In this document: positions 40,990 to 49,873 of the stretch, piece after piece | Position numbering within the stretch: the stretch's first letter is position 1 | How the letters are laid out: each line of letters opens with the position of its first letter | Assembly (NCBI GenBank): GCA_027062625.1 | Contig: JAMOSZ010000101.1 | Coordinates: 2,272 to 66,271 of the forward strand | Reading direction: 5' to 3' | Origin: Nautiliaceae bacterium | GTDB taxonomy: Bacteria; Campylobacterota; Campylobacteria; Campylobacterales; Nautiliaceae | DNA: 64,000 nt | Notes under the pieces: generated by a model | Seen by the model: only the letters and a program-made list of their open reading frames with translations | Told to the model about the DNA's origin: nothing | Databases searched by the model: none | Position numbers and translations under genes: made by a program

Positions 40990-41504
40990 ACCTTGCTAAA
41001 ATCAATTTCTATTTTACAACTCAAATCATCTATTTTTAAAACTTCCTCCTTTAAATCCATAATTTTTATATACTCTCCATTTATTAACTTATAAATTTTT
41101 ACTCTTTTTTCATCAGGATAAACAATTCCATAATATTTAATGCCTTCTTGCTTGTAAAGCTCAAACTTTAAAAGTTCATCTCTCTTTACACTTCCTTTAC
41201 TCACAACCTCAAAAATAATCTCAGGAGCTATTGTAATATCATCAATCTCCCCACATTTCATAAACACATCGGGCCTAACGATTGTATCTTCGCTAAATTT
41301 TACCTCACTCTCCATTAAAGCATAGCAGTTTTTGCAATTATCCAAACTCTCATCAAGTTGTCTAACAATTTTTACTGCTACCCTTTGATGACTTGGCAGG
41401 GCAAAAGGACTCATAGCATAAGGAACTCCACCTATAAGCTCCCAATCCCCTTCCCACCTTTTATAATCATCATATGTATAATGCTCTATATATGCAAAAG
41501 CCAT
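40980..41504 (-). CDS. Uma2-family (DUF820) PD-(D/E)xK endonuclease
   Basis: 174 aa. YELIGG-type start (WELIGGVPYAMSP), then RPDVFM ... PEIIFEVVSKGSVKRD, the D...E-V-x-S...K core of the Uma2 family. Its stop overlaps the start of the 988-aa gene by 10 nt. Confidence 0.8.
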   Translation of the reverse strand: MAFAYIEHYTYDDYKRWEGDWELIGGVPYAMSPFALPSHQRVAVKIVRQLDESLDNCKNCYALMESEVKFSEDTIVRPDVFMKCGEIDDITIAPEIIFEVVSKGSVKRDELLKFELYKQEGIKYYGIVYPDEKRVKIYKLINGEYIKIMDLKEEVLKIDDLSCKIEIDFSKVWL

Positions 41505-41513
41505 TTTTTCTCC

Positions 41514-42290
41514 TTAATAAATCTCCTCTTTTCCAGGAAATCTTCCACTTTTTATATCATCTACATACTTTCTAACGGCACTTCTTACTACCTCAGCCCC
41601 GTTTAGATAGCGTCTAACAAATTTTGGCTTAAACTCTTCAAAAAATCCAAGCATATCAGACCAAACAAGCACCTGTCCCGTTGTATATCTTCCAGCTCCA
41701 ATTCCAATAGTTGGAATTTTTACACTCTCAGTAATCTCACGAGCTACTTCCTCTTTTACTCCCTCAATCACAAGCATAACAGCCCCAGCCTCTTCAACTG
41801 CTTTTGCATCTTTTAAAAGTTTTTCTCTTGAATCTTTATCTTTTCCTTTTACTTTATATCCACCCTCACTACGAGAAAATTGCGGCATAAGCCCAATATG
41901 TCCAACAACCGCAATCCCATTATTTGTTAGTAATTTTATCGTCTCCGCCTTTTCTGCTCCACCTTCAAGCTTAATAGCATCTGCTTTTGTCTCTTTATAA
42001 ATTCTTATGGCATTTTCAAGGGCTTTATTTGGAGTTGAATAGCTGCCAAATGGCATATCAGTTACAATATAAGCACTCTTTGCTCCGTTACACACAGCTT
42101 TTGTGTGATAAATCATCTGCTCAATTGTAGCACTTAGAGTATCGCTCTCTCCAAAAAAACTCATATTCAAGCTATCCCCAACCAAAATAATATCAACAAT
42201 ATCATCAAAAATTTTAGCAAACAATGCATCATAGGCTGTAATCATTGTAAGCTTTTCTTTTTTATATAAATAGCTTAATGTTTTTTTCAT
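41514..42290 (-). CDS. panB: 3-methyl-2-oxobutanoate hydroxymethyltransferase
   Basis: 258 aa with MITAYD, LVGDSL, DMPFGSY and KLEGG motifs. Confidence 0.95.
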   Translation of the reverse strand: MKKTLSYLYKKEKLTMITAYDALFAKIFDDIVDIILVGDSLNMSFFGESDTLSATIEQMIYHTKAVCNGAKSAYIVTDMPFGSYSTPNKALENAIRIYKETKADAIKLEGGAEKAETIKLLTNNGIAVVGHIGLMPQFSRSEGGYKVKGKDKDSREKLLKDAKAVEEAGAVMLVIEGVKEEVAREITESVKIPTIGIGAGRYTTGQVLVWSDMLGFFEEFKPKFVRRYLNGAEVVRSAVRKYVDDIKSGRFPGKEEIY

Positions 42291-42343
42291 TCGCTCCCTT
42301 TGTTATAATTTCACTACTATTATTATACTACAAAAGGCTGATT

Positions 42344-43060
42344 ATGAAAAAACTTATAGCATATATTACAACCGGCTATCCAAACAAAGAATTTACAATT
42401 GACTTAATTAACGAAATTAGCGAGTTTGTGGATGGAATTGAACTTGGAATACCTTTTTCTGACCCGGTCGCTGATGGAGAAGTAATTCAAGAAGTAAATA
42501 AAAGAGCTTTACAAAATGGCTATAAAATAAAAGATACTTTTGAAGTTAGCGAAAAAATAGCAAAAAAAATTCCAACTTACTGGATGGGGTATTTTAACAA
42601 TTTCTACCACAAAGGGTATGACTTTATGGTGCAAAAAGCAAAAGAGTATAACATAAAAGGATTTATCATTCCAGATTTACCTTATGAAGAAGCAATGGAA
42701 TATGAAGATAAATTTCCTCTTATCTCTTTTGTAGCTCCAACTGACTCTAAAAAGAGAATTAAAACAATCCTAAAAAATCCAAAAGAGTTTATTTATCTTG
42801 TAGCATACGCAGGAATTACTGGGGCGGATAAAAAAGAAGATTTAAGAGAGATTATAAATTACATAAAAGAAATCACTAAAATTCCACTTTATATAGGATT
42901 TGGAGTAAATGAAAAAACAGCAAAAGAGAAAGCAAAGGATGTAGATGGGGTGATTGTAGGGAGTGCTTTTGTTAAAGTTTTGCTTGAAGATATAAGCAAT
43001 AGCGAAAAAATTAAAAAAATTAAAGAAAAAGCAAAAATTATAAAAGAGGCTATTAACTAA
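42344..43060 (+). CDS. trpA: Tryptophan synthase alpha chain
   Basis: The start MKKLIAYITTGYPN is preferred. The 22 upstream codons overlap panB and contain a TGTTATAAT extended -10 at 42301-42309. It also has GIELGIPFSDPVADG and a GFGV...GVIVGSA C-terminal pattern. Confidence 0.9.
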   Translation: MKKLIAYITTGYPNKEFTIDLINEISEFVDGIELGIPFSDPVADGEVIQEVNKRALQNGYKIKDTFEVSEKIAKKIPTYWMGYFNNFYHKGYDFMVQKAKEYNIKGFIIPDLPYEEAMEYEDKFPLISFVAPTDSKKRIKTILKNPKEFIYLVAYAGITGADKKEDLREIINYIKEITKIPLYIGFGVNEKTAKEKAKDVDGVIVGSAFVKVLLEDISNSEKIKKIKEKAKIIKEAIN

Positions 43061-43162
43061 CCCTCTTTTTTAGCCTTATTTTATATCAATTTTAAATTCC
43101 GACAACTTTTGGCTTTTATTTTGTGTATACTTCCAATACAAAAACACAACCTCAAAAGAAAC

Positions 43163-43191
43163 TTGACTTTTTGAGTGTTTTTTGCTAAACT
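43163..43191 (+). promoter_or_regulatory. Candidate sigma70-type promoter of ssrA
   Basis: TTGACT (43163-43168), a 17-nt spacer, then TAAACT (43186-43191), about 40 nt upstream of the mature tmRNA 5' end. Confidence 0.45.
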
Positions 43192-43232
43192 TTCATTAGT
43201 CATTCGCAAGTAGGCTTTAATGAAGCCCTCTT

Positions 43233-43605
43233 GGGGGTGACTTGGATTTCGACAGGGGTAATTAGCCCTAAGTTGCACGCCGACCTGAGCAAGTCGTAAA
43301 ACGGCTCACTAAAAATAAACGCAGCAAATAACAAAAATTATAGCCCAGCAGTAGCAAGAGCTGCTGCTTAATTAAGGATTTGGGCGCCTCCGTCCAATGA
43401 GGTTTTCCGCCACCTCGGACGGAGAGTAAAGTGCGGATAGGAAGTCTTGTCTGGATGGGGCAAGGCTTCTGAAACTTTACCCATCCCTACCAGGATAAAG
43501 GCTTTGTCTGTTGAGCCTCCTGGTAGTATAATCAACAGACTAAGCGTGTAGACACTTAGGGAAAATTGCTTCTGGACTGGGGTTCGATTCCCCACACCTC
43601 CACCA
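43233..43605 (+). ncRNA. ssrA: tmRNA (SsrA)
   Basis: The 5' GGGGGUG pairs with the 3' CACCUCC-ACCA, including the G3:U wobble needed for alanylation. A T-arm GGGGTTCGATTCCCC is present. The internal tag frame GCA AAT AAC AAA AAT TAT AGC CCA GCA GTA GCA AGA GCT GCT GCT TAA encodes ANNKNYSPAVARAAA*. The resume codon could instead be the preceding GCA. Confidence 0.95.
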
Positions 43606-43637
43606 TAAGCCCTTTTAATAGAGGGTTTATGGTGGAG
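43598..43637 (+). terminator. Stem-loop formed by the tmRNA 3' end and downstream sequence (probable ssrA terminator / precursor 3' hairpin)
   Basis: CTCCACCATAAGCCCT (43598-43613) pairs with AGGGTTTATGGTGGAG (43622-43637), giving 16 bp with one G:U and an 8-nt loop. Only a weak U-tract follows. Confidence 0.45.
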
Positions 43638-43694
43638 ATGTAGTTTTATAAGTTTTATTCTAGTGCCAGTGAATTAACAAAAACAAGGCGGTCA

Positions 43695-44339
43695 ATGAAA
43701 ATATTAATAGTAGAAGATGATATAGATTTAAATGAGACAGTTAAAGAGTATTTAGAAAATTTTTATGAAGTTATAAGTGTATTTGACGGGGAGGAAGCTT
43801 TAAATAAAGCATATGAAGTAAAACCAGATATTATTGTTTTGGATGCAAAACTTCCTAAAATAAACGGCTTTGAAGTTGCAAAGGAGATTAGGAGATTTAG
43901 CAATGTCCCTATTTTATTTTTAACTTCCCTTGATAGTGAAAAGGATGTTGAAAAGGGCTTTTTAAGCGGAGGGGATGATTATATTAAAAAGCCTTTTTCT
44001 TTGAAAGAATTAAAGCTTAGGATTGATGCTATTTTAAAAAGGGTTTATGGAGATAGTAAAAGAGTTAAAATAAAGGATTTTGAATTTGATTTAGAGAGTC
44101 TTGAACTTTATAAAGACGGAAAAATTATTCATCTAAAACCGAAAGTTGCCAAACTTTTAAAATTTTTTATTCAAAACAAAAATAAAATCGTTAGTAAAGA
44201 AGAAATTTTTGATTATCTTTACGATTTTGAAGAACCAAACGAAGCCTCTTTGCGCACTTTTATCAATAATTTAAGGACTATTTTAGGAAAAGATACAATT
44301 ATAACAGTAAAAGGCAGAGGATATAAGTTTGTTAGCTGA
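43695..44339 (+). CDS. OmpR-family response regulator (canonical receiver)
   Basis: 214 aa with VEDD, the IIVLDAKLP phospho-acceptor context, a conserved K (YIKKPF) and a winged-helix C-terminus (...VKGRGYKF). Confidence 0.9.
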   Translation: MKILIVEDDIDLNETVKEYLENFYEVISVFDGEEALNKAYEVKPDIIVLDAKLPKINGFEVAKEIRRFSNVPILFLTSLDSEKDVEKGFLSGGDDYIKKPFSLKELKLRIDAILKRVYGDSKRVKIKDFEFDLESLELYKDGKIIHLKPKVAKLLKFFIQNKNKIVSKEEIFDYLYDFEEPNEASLRTFINNLRTILGKDTIITVKGRGYKFVS

Positions 44340-45405
44340 AAAAAAAGCATTAAAAAGATTTTTATTTATTTATATTTTTTCTACTGTTTTACTTGTAGGA
44401 ATTGGAGAGTGGTTTTATTACAAACTAGCAAAAGAGGATATTATTCAAAAAGAAAAGTTTGTTTTAAAAAATCAAATAAACGAATTTTTAAATAAAAACC
44501 CTTATTTAATGAGAGCAATAAGAGGCAATTCTTTTAATATTCCAAAAGATATGAAAGTTTTAGTCTATATTAATGATAATCTTGTTTTTTCAAATTCTTC
44601 CCTTTTGGATTTAAAAGAAGAGTATCTGGAAAGAAAAGGATGGAGAGAAATAAAAATAGTAGCCACAAAAAAATTTCCTTATGAAAAATTAAATGAAATT
44701 TTAGAAAGGCTATTGATTTTTAATCTCTTTTTTTTACTTTTTTTAGTTACTGTTTCTGTTTTCCTTGGAAAAATTTTTTTAGCTCCTTTAAAAGAAGTTA
44801 TAAATAATTTAGAAAATTTTATAAGAGACGCAACTCATGAAATGAACACTCCTTTGAGCGTTATTTTAACAAACATTGAGCTTTTAGATGAAAAGAGCAG
44901 ACCAATAAAAAGAATAAAAAACGCAGCCCTTAGGCTTAATAAAATTTTTGAGGATTTAAAATATGTAAGACTTTACCATAAAAGAAAAAAAGAGATTAAA
45001 AGAATTAAATTAAAAGAATTTTTACAACAGAGGATAGTACTTTTTGAAGGTATTGTTGAAAATAAAAATCTGTTTATAGAAATTGATGCAGATGAAGTCT
45101 GTTTGGAAATAGACAGGGAAGATTTAATTAGACTTTTTGATAATCTCTTATCAAACGCTTTTAAATACGCTCCTAAAAACTCCACTGTAAAAATAACTCT
45201 TAATAAAAACTTTTTTTGTATTGAAAATGAAGGAGAAATAAAAAACATAAATAAACTGACTCATAAGTTTTACAGGGAAAACGAAAGCGAGGGCGGTTTT
45301 GGGCTTGGGCTTTATATTGTAAAAACAATAGCTGATGAATATTCGTTTAAACTTAAAATTGAAAATAAAAATAAAAAAGTAAATATCTGTTTATATTTTG
45401 TTTAA
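44329..45405 (+). CDS. Sensor histidine kinase (two TM helices, ~100-aa periplasmic loop)
   Basis: 358 aa with H-box DATHEMNTPLSVI, N-box LLSNAFKYAP and G-box GGFGLGLYIV. It overlaps the response-regulator gene by 11 nt. Confidence 0.85.
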   Translation: MLAEKKALKRFLFIYIFSTVLLVGIGEWFYYKLAKEDIIQKEKFVLKNQINEFLNKNPYLMRAIRGNSFNIPKDMKVLVYINDNLVFSNSSLLDLKEEYLERKGWREIKIVATKKFPYEKLNEILERLLIFNLFFLLFLVTVSVFLGKIFLAPLKEVINNLENFIRDATHEMNTPLSVILTNIELLDEKSRPIKRIKNAALRLNKIFEDLKYVRLYHKRKKEIKRIKLKEFLQQRIVLFEGIVENKNLFIEIDADEVCLEIDREDLIRLFDNLLSNAFKYAPKNSTVKITLNKNFFCIENEGEIKNINKLTHKFYRENESEGGFGLGLYIVKTIADEYSFKLKIENKNKKVNICLYFV

Positions 45406-45448
45406 CTTCCTTTTTTATAATTTTAAAAATAAAAAAAAGGAGGTTGTT

Positions 45449-45823
45449 ATGAAAAAAGTTATCCTTGCTTTGCTTGCGGTTGTAGCGTTATTTGGATTTA
45501 ATTCAATTTCTGCTGAGGATTCCGGAGTTATAAGAGGGAAAGTTGTAAAAGCGTATGTTCAAAGAGGATATGGAAGAAGAGGTGCTCCTTGGCTTTTTAT
45601 GGATGTCAAAACAAAAGATAAAGTTTATCATGTAGGCATTGCCCCTACTTTTGTAATTTCTAATTTACCTATTAACGAAGGAGATGAGGTGGAAGTTAGA
45701 GGATTTACACCGCCTTATTGGCCAAATGATACTGTTAAAGCATATGATATATACGATATAACCCAAAAAAAAGATTACCCTATAACTGGATGGGGAAGAG
45801 GTCCCGCATGGAGATGGAGATAA
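45449..45823 (+). CDS. Small secreted protein, function unknown (possibly MamS/MamX-like domain)
   Basis: The start MKKVILALLAVVALFGFNSISA (signal peptide) with an AAGGAGG RBS is preferred over the ATG at 45398. It has a Trp/Arg-rich C-terminus GWGRGPAWRWR. The domain guess is from memory only. Confidence 0.55.
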   Translation: MKKVILALLAVVALFGFNSISAEDSGVIRGKVVKAYVQRGYGRRGAPWLFMDVKTKDKVYHVGIAPTFVISNLPINEGDEVEVRGFTPPYWPNDTVKAYDIYDITQKKDYPITGWGRGPAWRWR

Positions 45824-45832
45824 AGGAAGAAA

Positions 45833-45967
45833 ATGAAAAATAGAGATATTTATAAAATCATTCTTTTAATTTTTCTTCTTCTTTTATTTTTGCCAATATG
45901 TAAGTTCATTGTTTTTAAATTTATAGGAGGCATGGGATGTTGTTGCAGGTACGCTTGGAAATGGTAA
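45833..45967 (+). CDS. Micro-ORF 1 (44 aa): hydrophobic peptide ending in GCCCRYAWKW
   Basis: My translation is MKNRDIYKIILLIFLLLLFLPICKFIVFKFIGGMGCCCRYAWKW*. An AAGGAAG RBS lies 4 nt upstream of the ATG. It is not in the ORF track because it is under 60 aa. Confidence 0.35.
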   Translation: MKNRDIYKIILLIFLLLLFLPICKFIVFKFIGGMGCCCRYAWKW

Positions 45968-46032
45968 AGGCGTTGGTGCTTTTAATTCCTATATTATTTT
46001 TTAGCGGATGTTGCTGTAAGTGTTGTTATTAA
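45961..46032 (+). CDS. Micro-ORF 2 (23 aa): lipoprotein-type signal peptide followed by CCCKCCY
   Basis: My translation is MVKALVLLIPILFFSGCCCKCCY*. The ATG overlaps the micro-ORF 1 stop (ATGGTAA). An alternative GTG at 45976 has an AAGG RBS. FFSG|C fits the SPase II lipobox. Confidence 0.35.
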   Translation: MVKALVLLIPILFFSGCCCKCCY

Positions 46033-46478
46033 AGTGAATTTAAAAAATCTTTAAGTATTTTTCCATGGTCGAATACCATTTCATTCCATGGAATTTCTTC
46101 AAGTTTTACCACATAAACTTCTTTTGCGTCATCACCGGCTTTTGGCATATCAAAAGCATTGCATACAAAGACTGCACTTGCCGTATGAAGCCTTGGGTCT
46201 CTTTTTGGGTTGGAATAAATACCTAATAATTTTTCTACTTTTATATCAAGGTTTGTTTCTTCTTTCATTTCGCGAATAAGAGCCTCTTCTACTTTTTCTC
46301 CATAATCTACAAATCCTCCCGGCAGAGCAAATCCAAGAGGGGGATTTTTTCTTTTTATTAAAACAATTCCTTTAAATTCAGGTTTAAATATTTTAATAAT
46401 CCCATCAACCGTTAAAAAAGGTGTAGGTCTTACCCATTCGGGAATTTTTAGTTTTCTTGCTTCTTCGCATATTTTCAT
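46029..46478 (-). CDS. NUDIX hydrolase
   Basis: 149 aa with the Nudix box GGFVDYGEKVEEALIREMKEETNL. Confidence 0.9.
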   Translation of the reverse strand: MKICEEARKLKIPEWVRPTPFLTVDGIIKIFKPEFKGIVLIKRKNPPLGFALPGGFVDYGEKVEEALIREMKEETNLDIKVEKLLGIYSNPKRDPRLHTASAVFVCNAFDMPKAGDDAKEVYVVKLEEIPWNEMVFDHGKILKDFLNSL

Positions 46479-46479
46479 T

Positions 46480-47547
46480 TTAAAGCCCCGCTTCTTTAAG
46501 AGCTTCTGCCTGATAATGAGCTATTAGTGGGTCTATAATTTCATCAAAAAGCCCCTCACTCATAATCTGTTCGAGTCTATATAAAGTCAGTCCGATTCTA
46601 TGGTCTGTAATTCTGTTTTGTGGATAGTTATATGTTCTAATTCTCTCACTCCTATCTCCACTCCCAACCTGACTTTTCCTTGCTTCTCCTATTTTTGCAA
46701 GTCTTTCACTCTCATATTTTTCAAAAACTCTGGCTTTGAGTATCTGCATAGCTTTTTCTTTATTTCTTTGCTGACTTCTTTCATCTTGCATTGAGACTGT
46801 AATTCCTGTTGGAATATGGGTGATTCTAACGGCACTCTCAGTCTTATTTACGTGCTGACCCCCAGCTCCTCCTGCTCTCATTACTTCAATTTTTAAGTCT
46901 TTTGGGTCAAGTTCTATATCTACATCGTCAACTTCTGGCATAACTGCAACCGTTACGGCTGATGTGTGAATTCTACCTTGACTCTCAGTTGCTGGAATTC
47001 TTTGAACCCTGTGGGTTCCTCCTTCATACTTTAAGCGGCTATAAGCACCTTCTCCTTTTATAAGCAAAATCACTTCTTTAAATCCACCAATATCGTTTTT
47101 GGATTCACTTACAACCTCAACTTTCCACCCTTTGTTATCTGCATATCTAAGATATGCTCTCATTAAATCCCCAACAAATAAAGCAGCTTCATCCCCGCCA
47201 GTTCCTGCTCTTATTTCAAGAAAGATGTTTTTATCATCATTTGGGTCTTTTGGAAGTAAAAGCAGTTTTATCTCTTCTTCTAACTTAGGAAGTTTTGCTT
47301 CAATCTCTTTAATTTCCTCTTTTGCAAGTTCTGCCATCTCCTCATCTTCAAGCATCAACTTAGCTTCTTCAAGATTATTTAAAGCCTCTTCATACTCTTT
47401 TGCTTTATTTACGATTGTCTCTAAGCTTCTTGCTTCGCGAGAGAGTTTTGTCATTTTTTTTATATCTTTTGTAATTTCAGGAGAAGAGAGTTCTTTATTT
47501 ATTTCATTATACTTATCAATGAAAGGTTTTAATTTATCACGTAGCAT
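46480..47547 (-). CDS. prfA: Peptide chain release factor 1
   Basis: 355 aa with the PAT stop-codon recognition tripeptide ([10 protein letters not shown]) and GGQ ([10 protein letters not shown]). Confidence 0.97.
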   Translation of the reverse strand: MLRDKLKPFIDKYNEINKELSSPEITKDIKKMTKLSREARSLETIVNKAKEYEEALNNLEEAKLMLEDEEMAELAKEEIKEIEAKLPKLEEEIKLLLLPKDPNDDKNIFLEIRAGTGGDEAALFVGDLMRAYLRYADNKGWKVEVVSESKNDIGGFKEVILLIKGEGAYSRLKYEGGTHRVQRIPATESQGRIHTSAVTVAVMPEVDDVDIELDPKDLKIEVMRAGGAGGQHVNKTESAVRITHIPTGITVSMQDERSQQRNKEKAMQILKARVFEKYESERLAKIGEARKSQVGSGDRSERIRTYNYPQNRITDHRIGLTLYRLEQIMSEGLFDEIIDPLIAHYQAEALKEAGL

Positions 47548-47592
47548 TTGATTCCTTTTTTAAGGAATTATAACAAAGAAGAGAAAAAGGAA

Positions 47593-47868
47593 TTAAGCGT
47601 TTTGAGGTTCTATTGATTTTACAAGATGGTGAAGTCTACTGATTTTTCTTCTTGCTGTATTTTTCTTTAAAATTCCTTTATTAATATACCCTTGGAATTT
47701 TTTATTTGCCACTTTCCAATAATTTAACGCTTTTTCGTAATCACCCTCAGCCACTGCTTTTTCTACATTTTTTGTAATTGTTTTAATTCTTGTTTTGTAG
47801 TATCTGTTTCTTTCTGTTCTTTTTTTAGTTTGTCTAATTCTTTTTAAAGCTGACTTTGTATTTGCCAT
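47593..47868 (-). CDS. rpsT: 30S ribosomal protein S20
   Basis: 91 aa. It starts [13 protein letters not shown] and is highly basic. Confidence 0.95.
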   Translation of the reverse strand: MANTKSALKRIRQTKKRTERNRYYKTRIKTITKNVEKAVAEGDYEKALNYWKVANKKFQGYINKGILKKNTARRKISRLHHLVKSIEPQNA

Positions 47869-47943
47869 TTACATCCTTTTTGAAGCGTATTTTATAAAAA
47901 TTTGCTAAAATTTGCAATATAATAACCCTAAAAAGGAAATAAT

Positions 47944-49269
47944 ATGAAAAAACTTTTTGGAACAGATGGAATAAGAGGAAAAGCTGGAATTGATATAACT
48001 CCAACTTTGGCTATGAAAATCGCAATGGCATTTGGTGAGAGCATTCCAAAAGAGAATGGAAAAATTTTAGTTGGAAAAGATACAAGAAGAAGCGGATATA
48101 TGATAGAAAATGCAATTGTAAGTGGCTTAACTGCAATTGGATATGATGTAATTCAAGTAGGTCCAATGCCAACTCCGGCAATTGCCTTTTTAACAGAAGA
48201 TATGAGATGTGATGGAGGAATAATGATTAGTGCAAGTCATAATCCATACTATGATAACGGAATTAAATTTTTTGATAGTGAGGGAAATAAACTCTCAGAA
48301 GAAAAAGAAGAAGAGATTGAAGAGAAATTTTATAAAGACAATTTTCATTTAAAAACTGATAAAGAGATTGGAAGAAGCAAAAGAATAGAGGATGCAGTGG
48401 GAAGATATATTGTGCATATTAAATCTTCTTTTCCAAAAAATTTAAGTCTAAATGGAATTAGAGTAGTACTTGATACCGCAAATGGTGCAGCTTATAAAGT
48501 AGCCCCTACTATTTTTAGCGAGCTTGGAGCAGAAGTCTTTACAATAAACGATAAGCCAGATGGCTTTAACATAAATCAAAACGCAGGAGCAATACATCCA
48601 GAAATCCTTGCTCAAAAAGTAAGAGAATATAGAGCCGATATTGGATTTGCTTTTGATGGGGACGCTGATAGAGTTGTAGTTGTTGATGAAAAAGGAGAAA
48701 TAGTTCACGGAGATAAATTAATAGGAGCATTGGCTTATTATCTTTATAAAAAAAGAAAATTAAAAAATAACGCAATTGCAGTTACTATTATGAGTAATTC
48801 AGCATTAGATGAATTTTTAAAAAAATACAAAATTAAAGTTTATAGAACAAAAGTTGGGGATAAATATGTACTTGAAGCTATCAAAAAATATAACCTCAAC
48901 TTTGGAGGTGAGCAATCAGGTCATATTATTTTTAGTGACTATGCTAAAACAGGAGATGGACTTGTTAGCGCTTTACAAGCTATTGCGTATATGAAAGAAG
49001 AGAATAAAAAAGCAAGCGAAGCATTTAACCTATTTAATTTATATCCACAAGTGCAAGCAAATGTAAATGTTAGCGAAAAAGTGCCAATTGAAAAAATTAA
49101 CGGAGCAAAAGAGCTATTAAGCGAAATTGAAAAAGAGGGATATAAATATTTAGTTAGATACTCTGGGACTGAGAATAAGCTAAGATTATTAATAGAAGGT
49201 GAGAGTGAAGAGAAAGCAAGAGAGTTTTCAAAAAGACTCGTAGATTTTTTTAAAGAGAAGTTAGGATGA
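47944..49269 (+). CDS. glmM: Phosphoglucosamine mutase
   Basis: 441 aa. It starts [10 protein letters not shown] and has the phosphoserine loop [21 protein letters not shown] and GGEQSGH. Confidence 0.95.
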   Translation: MKKLFGTDGIRGKAGIDITPTLAMKIAMAFGESIPKENGKILVGKDTRRSGYMIENAIVSGLTAIGYDVIQVGPMPTPAIAFLTEDMRCDGGIMISASHNPYYDNGIKFFDSEGNKLSEEKEEEIEEKFYKDNFHLKTDKEIGRSKRIEDAVGRYIVHIKSSFPKNLSLNGIRVVLDTANGAAYKVAPTIFSELGAEVFTINDKPDGFNINQNAGAIHPEILAQKVREYRADIGFAFDGDADRVVVVDEKGEIVHGDKLIGALAYYLYKKRKLKNNAIAVTIMSNSALDEFLKKYKIKVYRTKVGDKYVLEAIKKYNLNFGGEQSGHIIFSDYAKTGDGLVSALQAIAYMKEENKKASEAFNLFNLYPQVQANVNVSEKVPIEKINGAKELLSEIEKEGYKYLVRYSGTENKLRLLIEGESEEKAREFSKRLVDFFKEKLG

Positions 49270-49703
49270 GATTTTTTTTAGCTTTTTTGCTCACCTTTGG
49301 TATTGACCAAGCAATCAAATACCTTTTTTTAACCGGATTTGAATTTAACTCAAAATGCATCTCTCTAACCCTTGCAATTAACAAAGGAGTTGCCTTTTCA
49401 ATGCTAAGTTTCTTAGGAGAGTGGTTAAAGTATATTCAAATTGGCCTTATTATCATTCTTTTAATAACCTTTATAAAAGAAAAAATAATAAAAAATCATC
49501 CGATAATTTCTGGGATTTTATTTGGAGCTGCAATTTCAAACATAGTTGATAGATTTTTAAGAGGAGGAGTTGTTGATTATGTCTATTGGCATTGTGGATT
49601 TGATTTTGCAATTTTCAATTTTGCAGATGTTATGATAGATTTTGCTATTTTAATGTTTGCATATTTCTATTTTTTTGATAAAATTCGCACCAAGGTCGCG
49701 TAG
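49266..49703 (+). CDS. lspA: Lipoprotein signal peptidase (SPase II)
   Basis: 145 aa with four TM helices, NKGVAFS and VVDYV...FNFAD motifs. Its last 10 nt, including the TAG stop, lie inside the downstream tRNA gene. Confidence 0.85.
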   Translation: MRFFLAFLLTFGIDQAIKYLFLTGFEFNSKCISLTLAINKGVAFSMLSFLGEWLKYIQIGLIIILLITFIKEKIIKNHPIISGILFGAAISNIVDRFLRGGVVDYVYWHCGFDFAIFNFADVMIDFAILMFAYFYFFDKIRTKVA

Positions 49704-49769
49704 CTCAGCTGGGAGAGCGTTGCCCCGACACGGCAAAGGTCACAGGTTCGAGCCCTGTCGCGACCACCA
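49694..49769 (+). tRNA. tRNA-Val (anticodon GAC), CCA encoded
   Basis: Hand-folded cloverleaf. Acceptor GGTCGCG/CGCGACC, D arm GCTC-AGCTGGGA-GAGC, anticodon arm TTGCC-CCGACAC-GGCAA, variable AGGTC, T arm ACAGG-TTCGAGC-CCTGT, discriminator A, then CCA. Position 33 reads C rather than the usual U. Confidence 0.85.
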
Positions 49770-49776
49770 TCTGCTA

Positions 49777-49798
49777 CATTTTGTAACCATTTTGTAAC
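49777..49798. repeat. Perfect tandem duplication of an 11-mer: CATTTTGTAAC x2
   Basis: Seen directly, 8 nt downstream of the tRNA 3' end and upstream of the moxR-like operon. Confidence 0.6.
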
Positions 49799-49873
49799 AA
49801 AAACCTTCTTTTATCTCCTAAAAATTTTAAGGATTTAACATTAAGATATTATAATAAACAAAAAAGGTAAAGT

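Noticed and set aside
42278-42343. 22-codon N-terminal extension of trpA given in the ORF track
   Set aside because: It overlaps panB, contains the likely trpA promoter (TGTTATAAT) and is hydrophobic junk. The conserved TrpA N-terminus begins at the Met at 42344, which has a plausible RBS.
43081-43595. Minus-strand ORFs of 65 and 75 aa (43081-43278, 43368-43595)
   Set aside because: They overlap the ssrA promoter and the tmRNA gene on the opposite strand. The GC-rich structured RNA sequence explains the open frames.
43606-49873. Checked downstream of tmRNA and tRNA-Val for integrated elements (integrase, direct repeat of the RNA 3' end)
   Set aside because: No integrase-like ORF and no duplicated tRNA/tmRNA 3' segment was seen. 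The flanking genes are a two-component system and a bat-type operon with native-looking composition.
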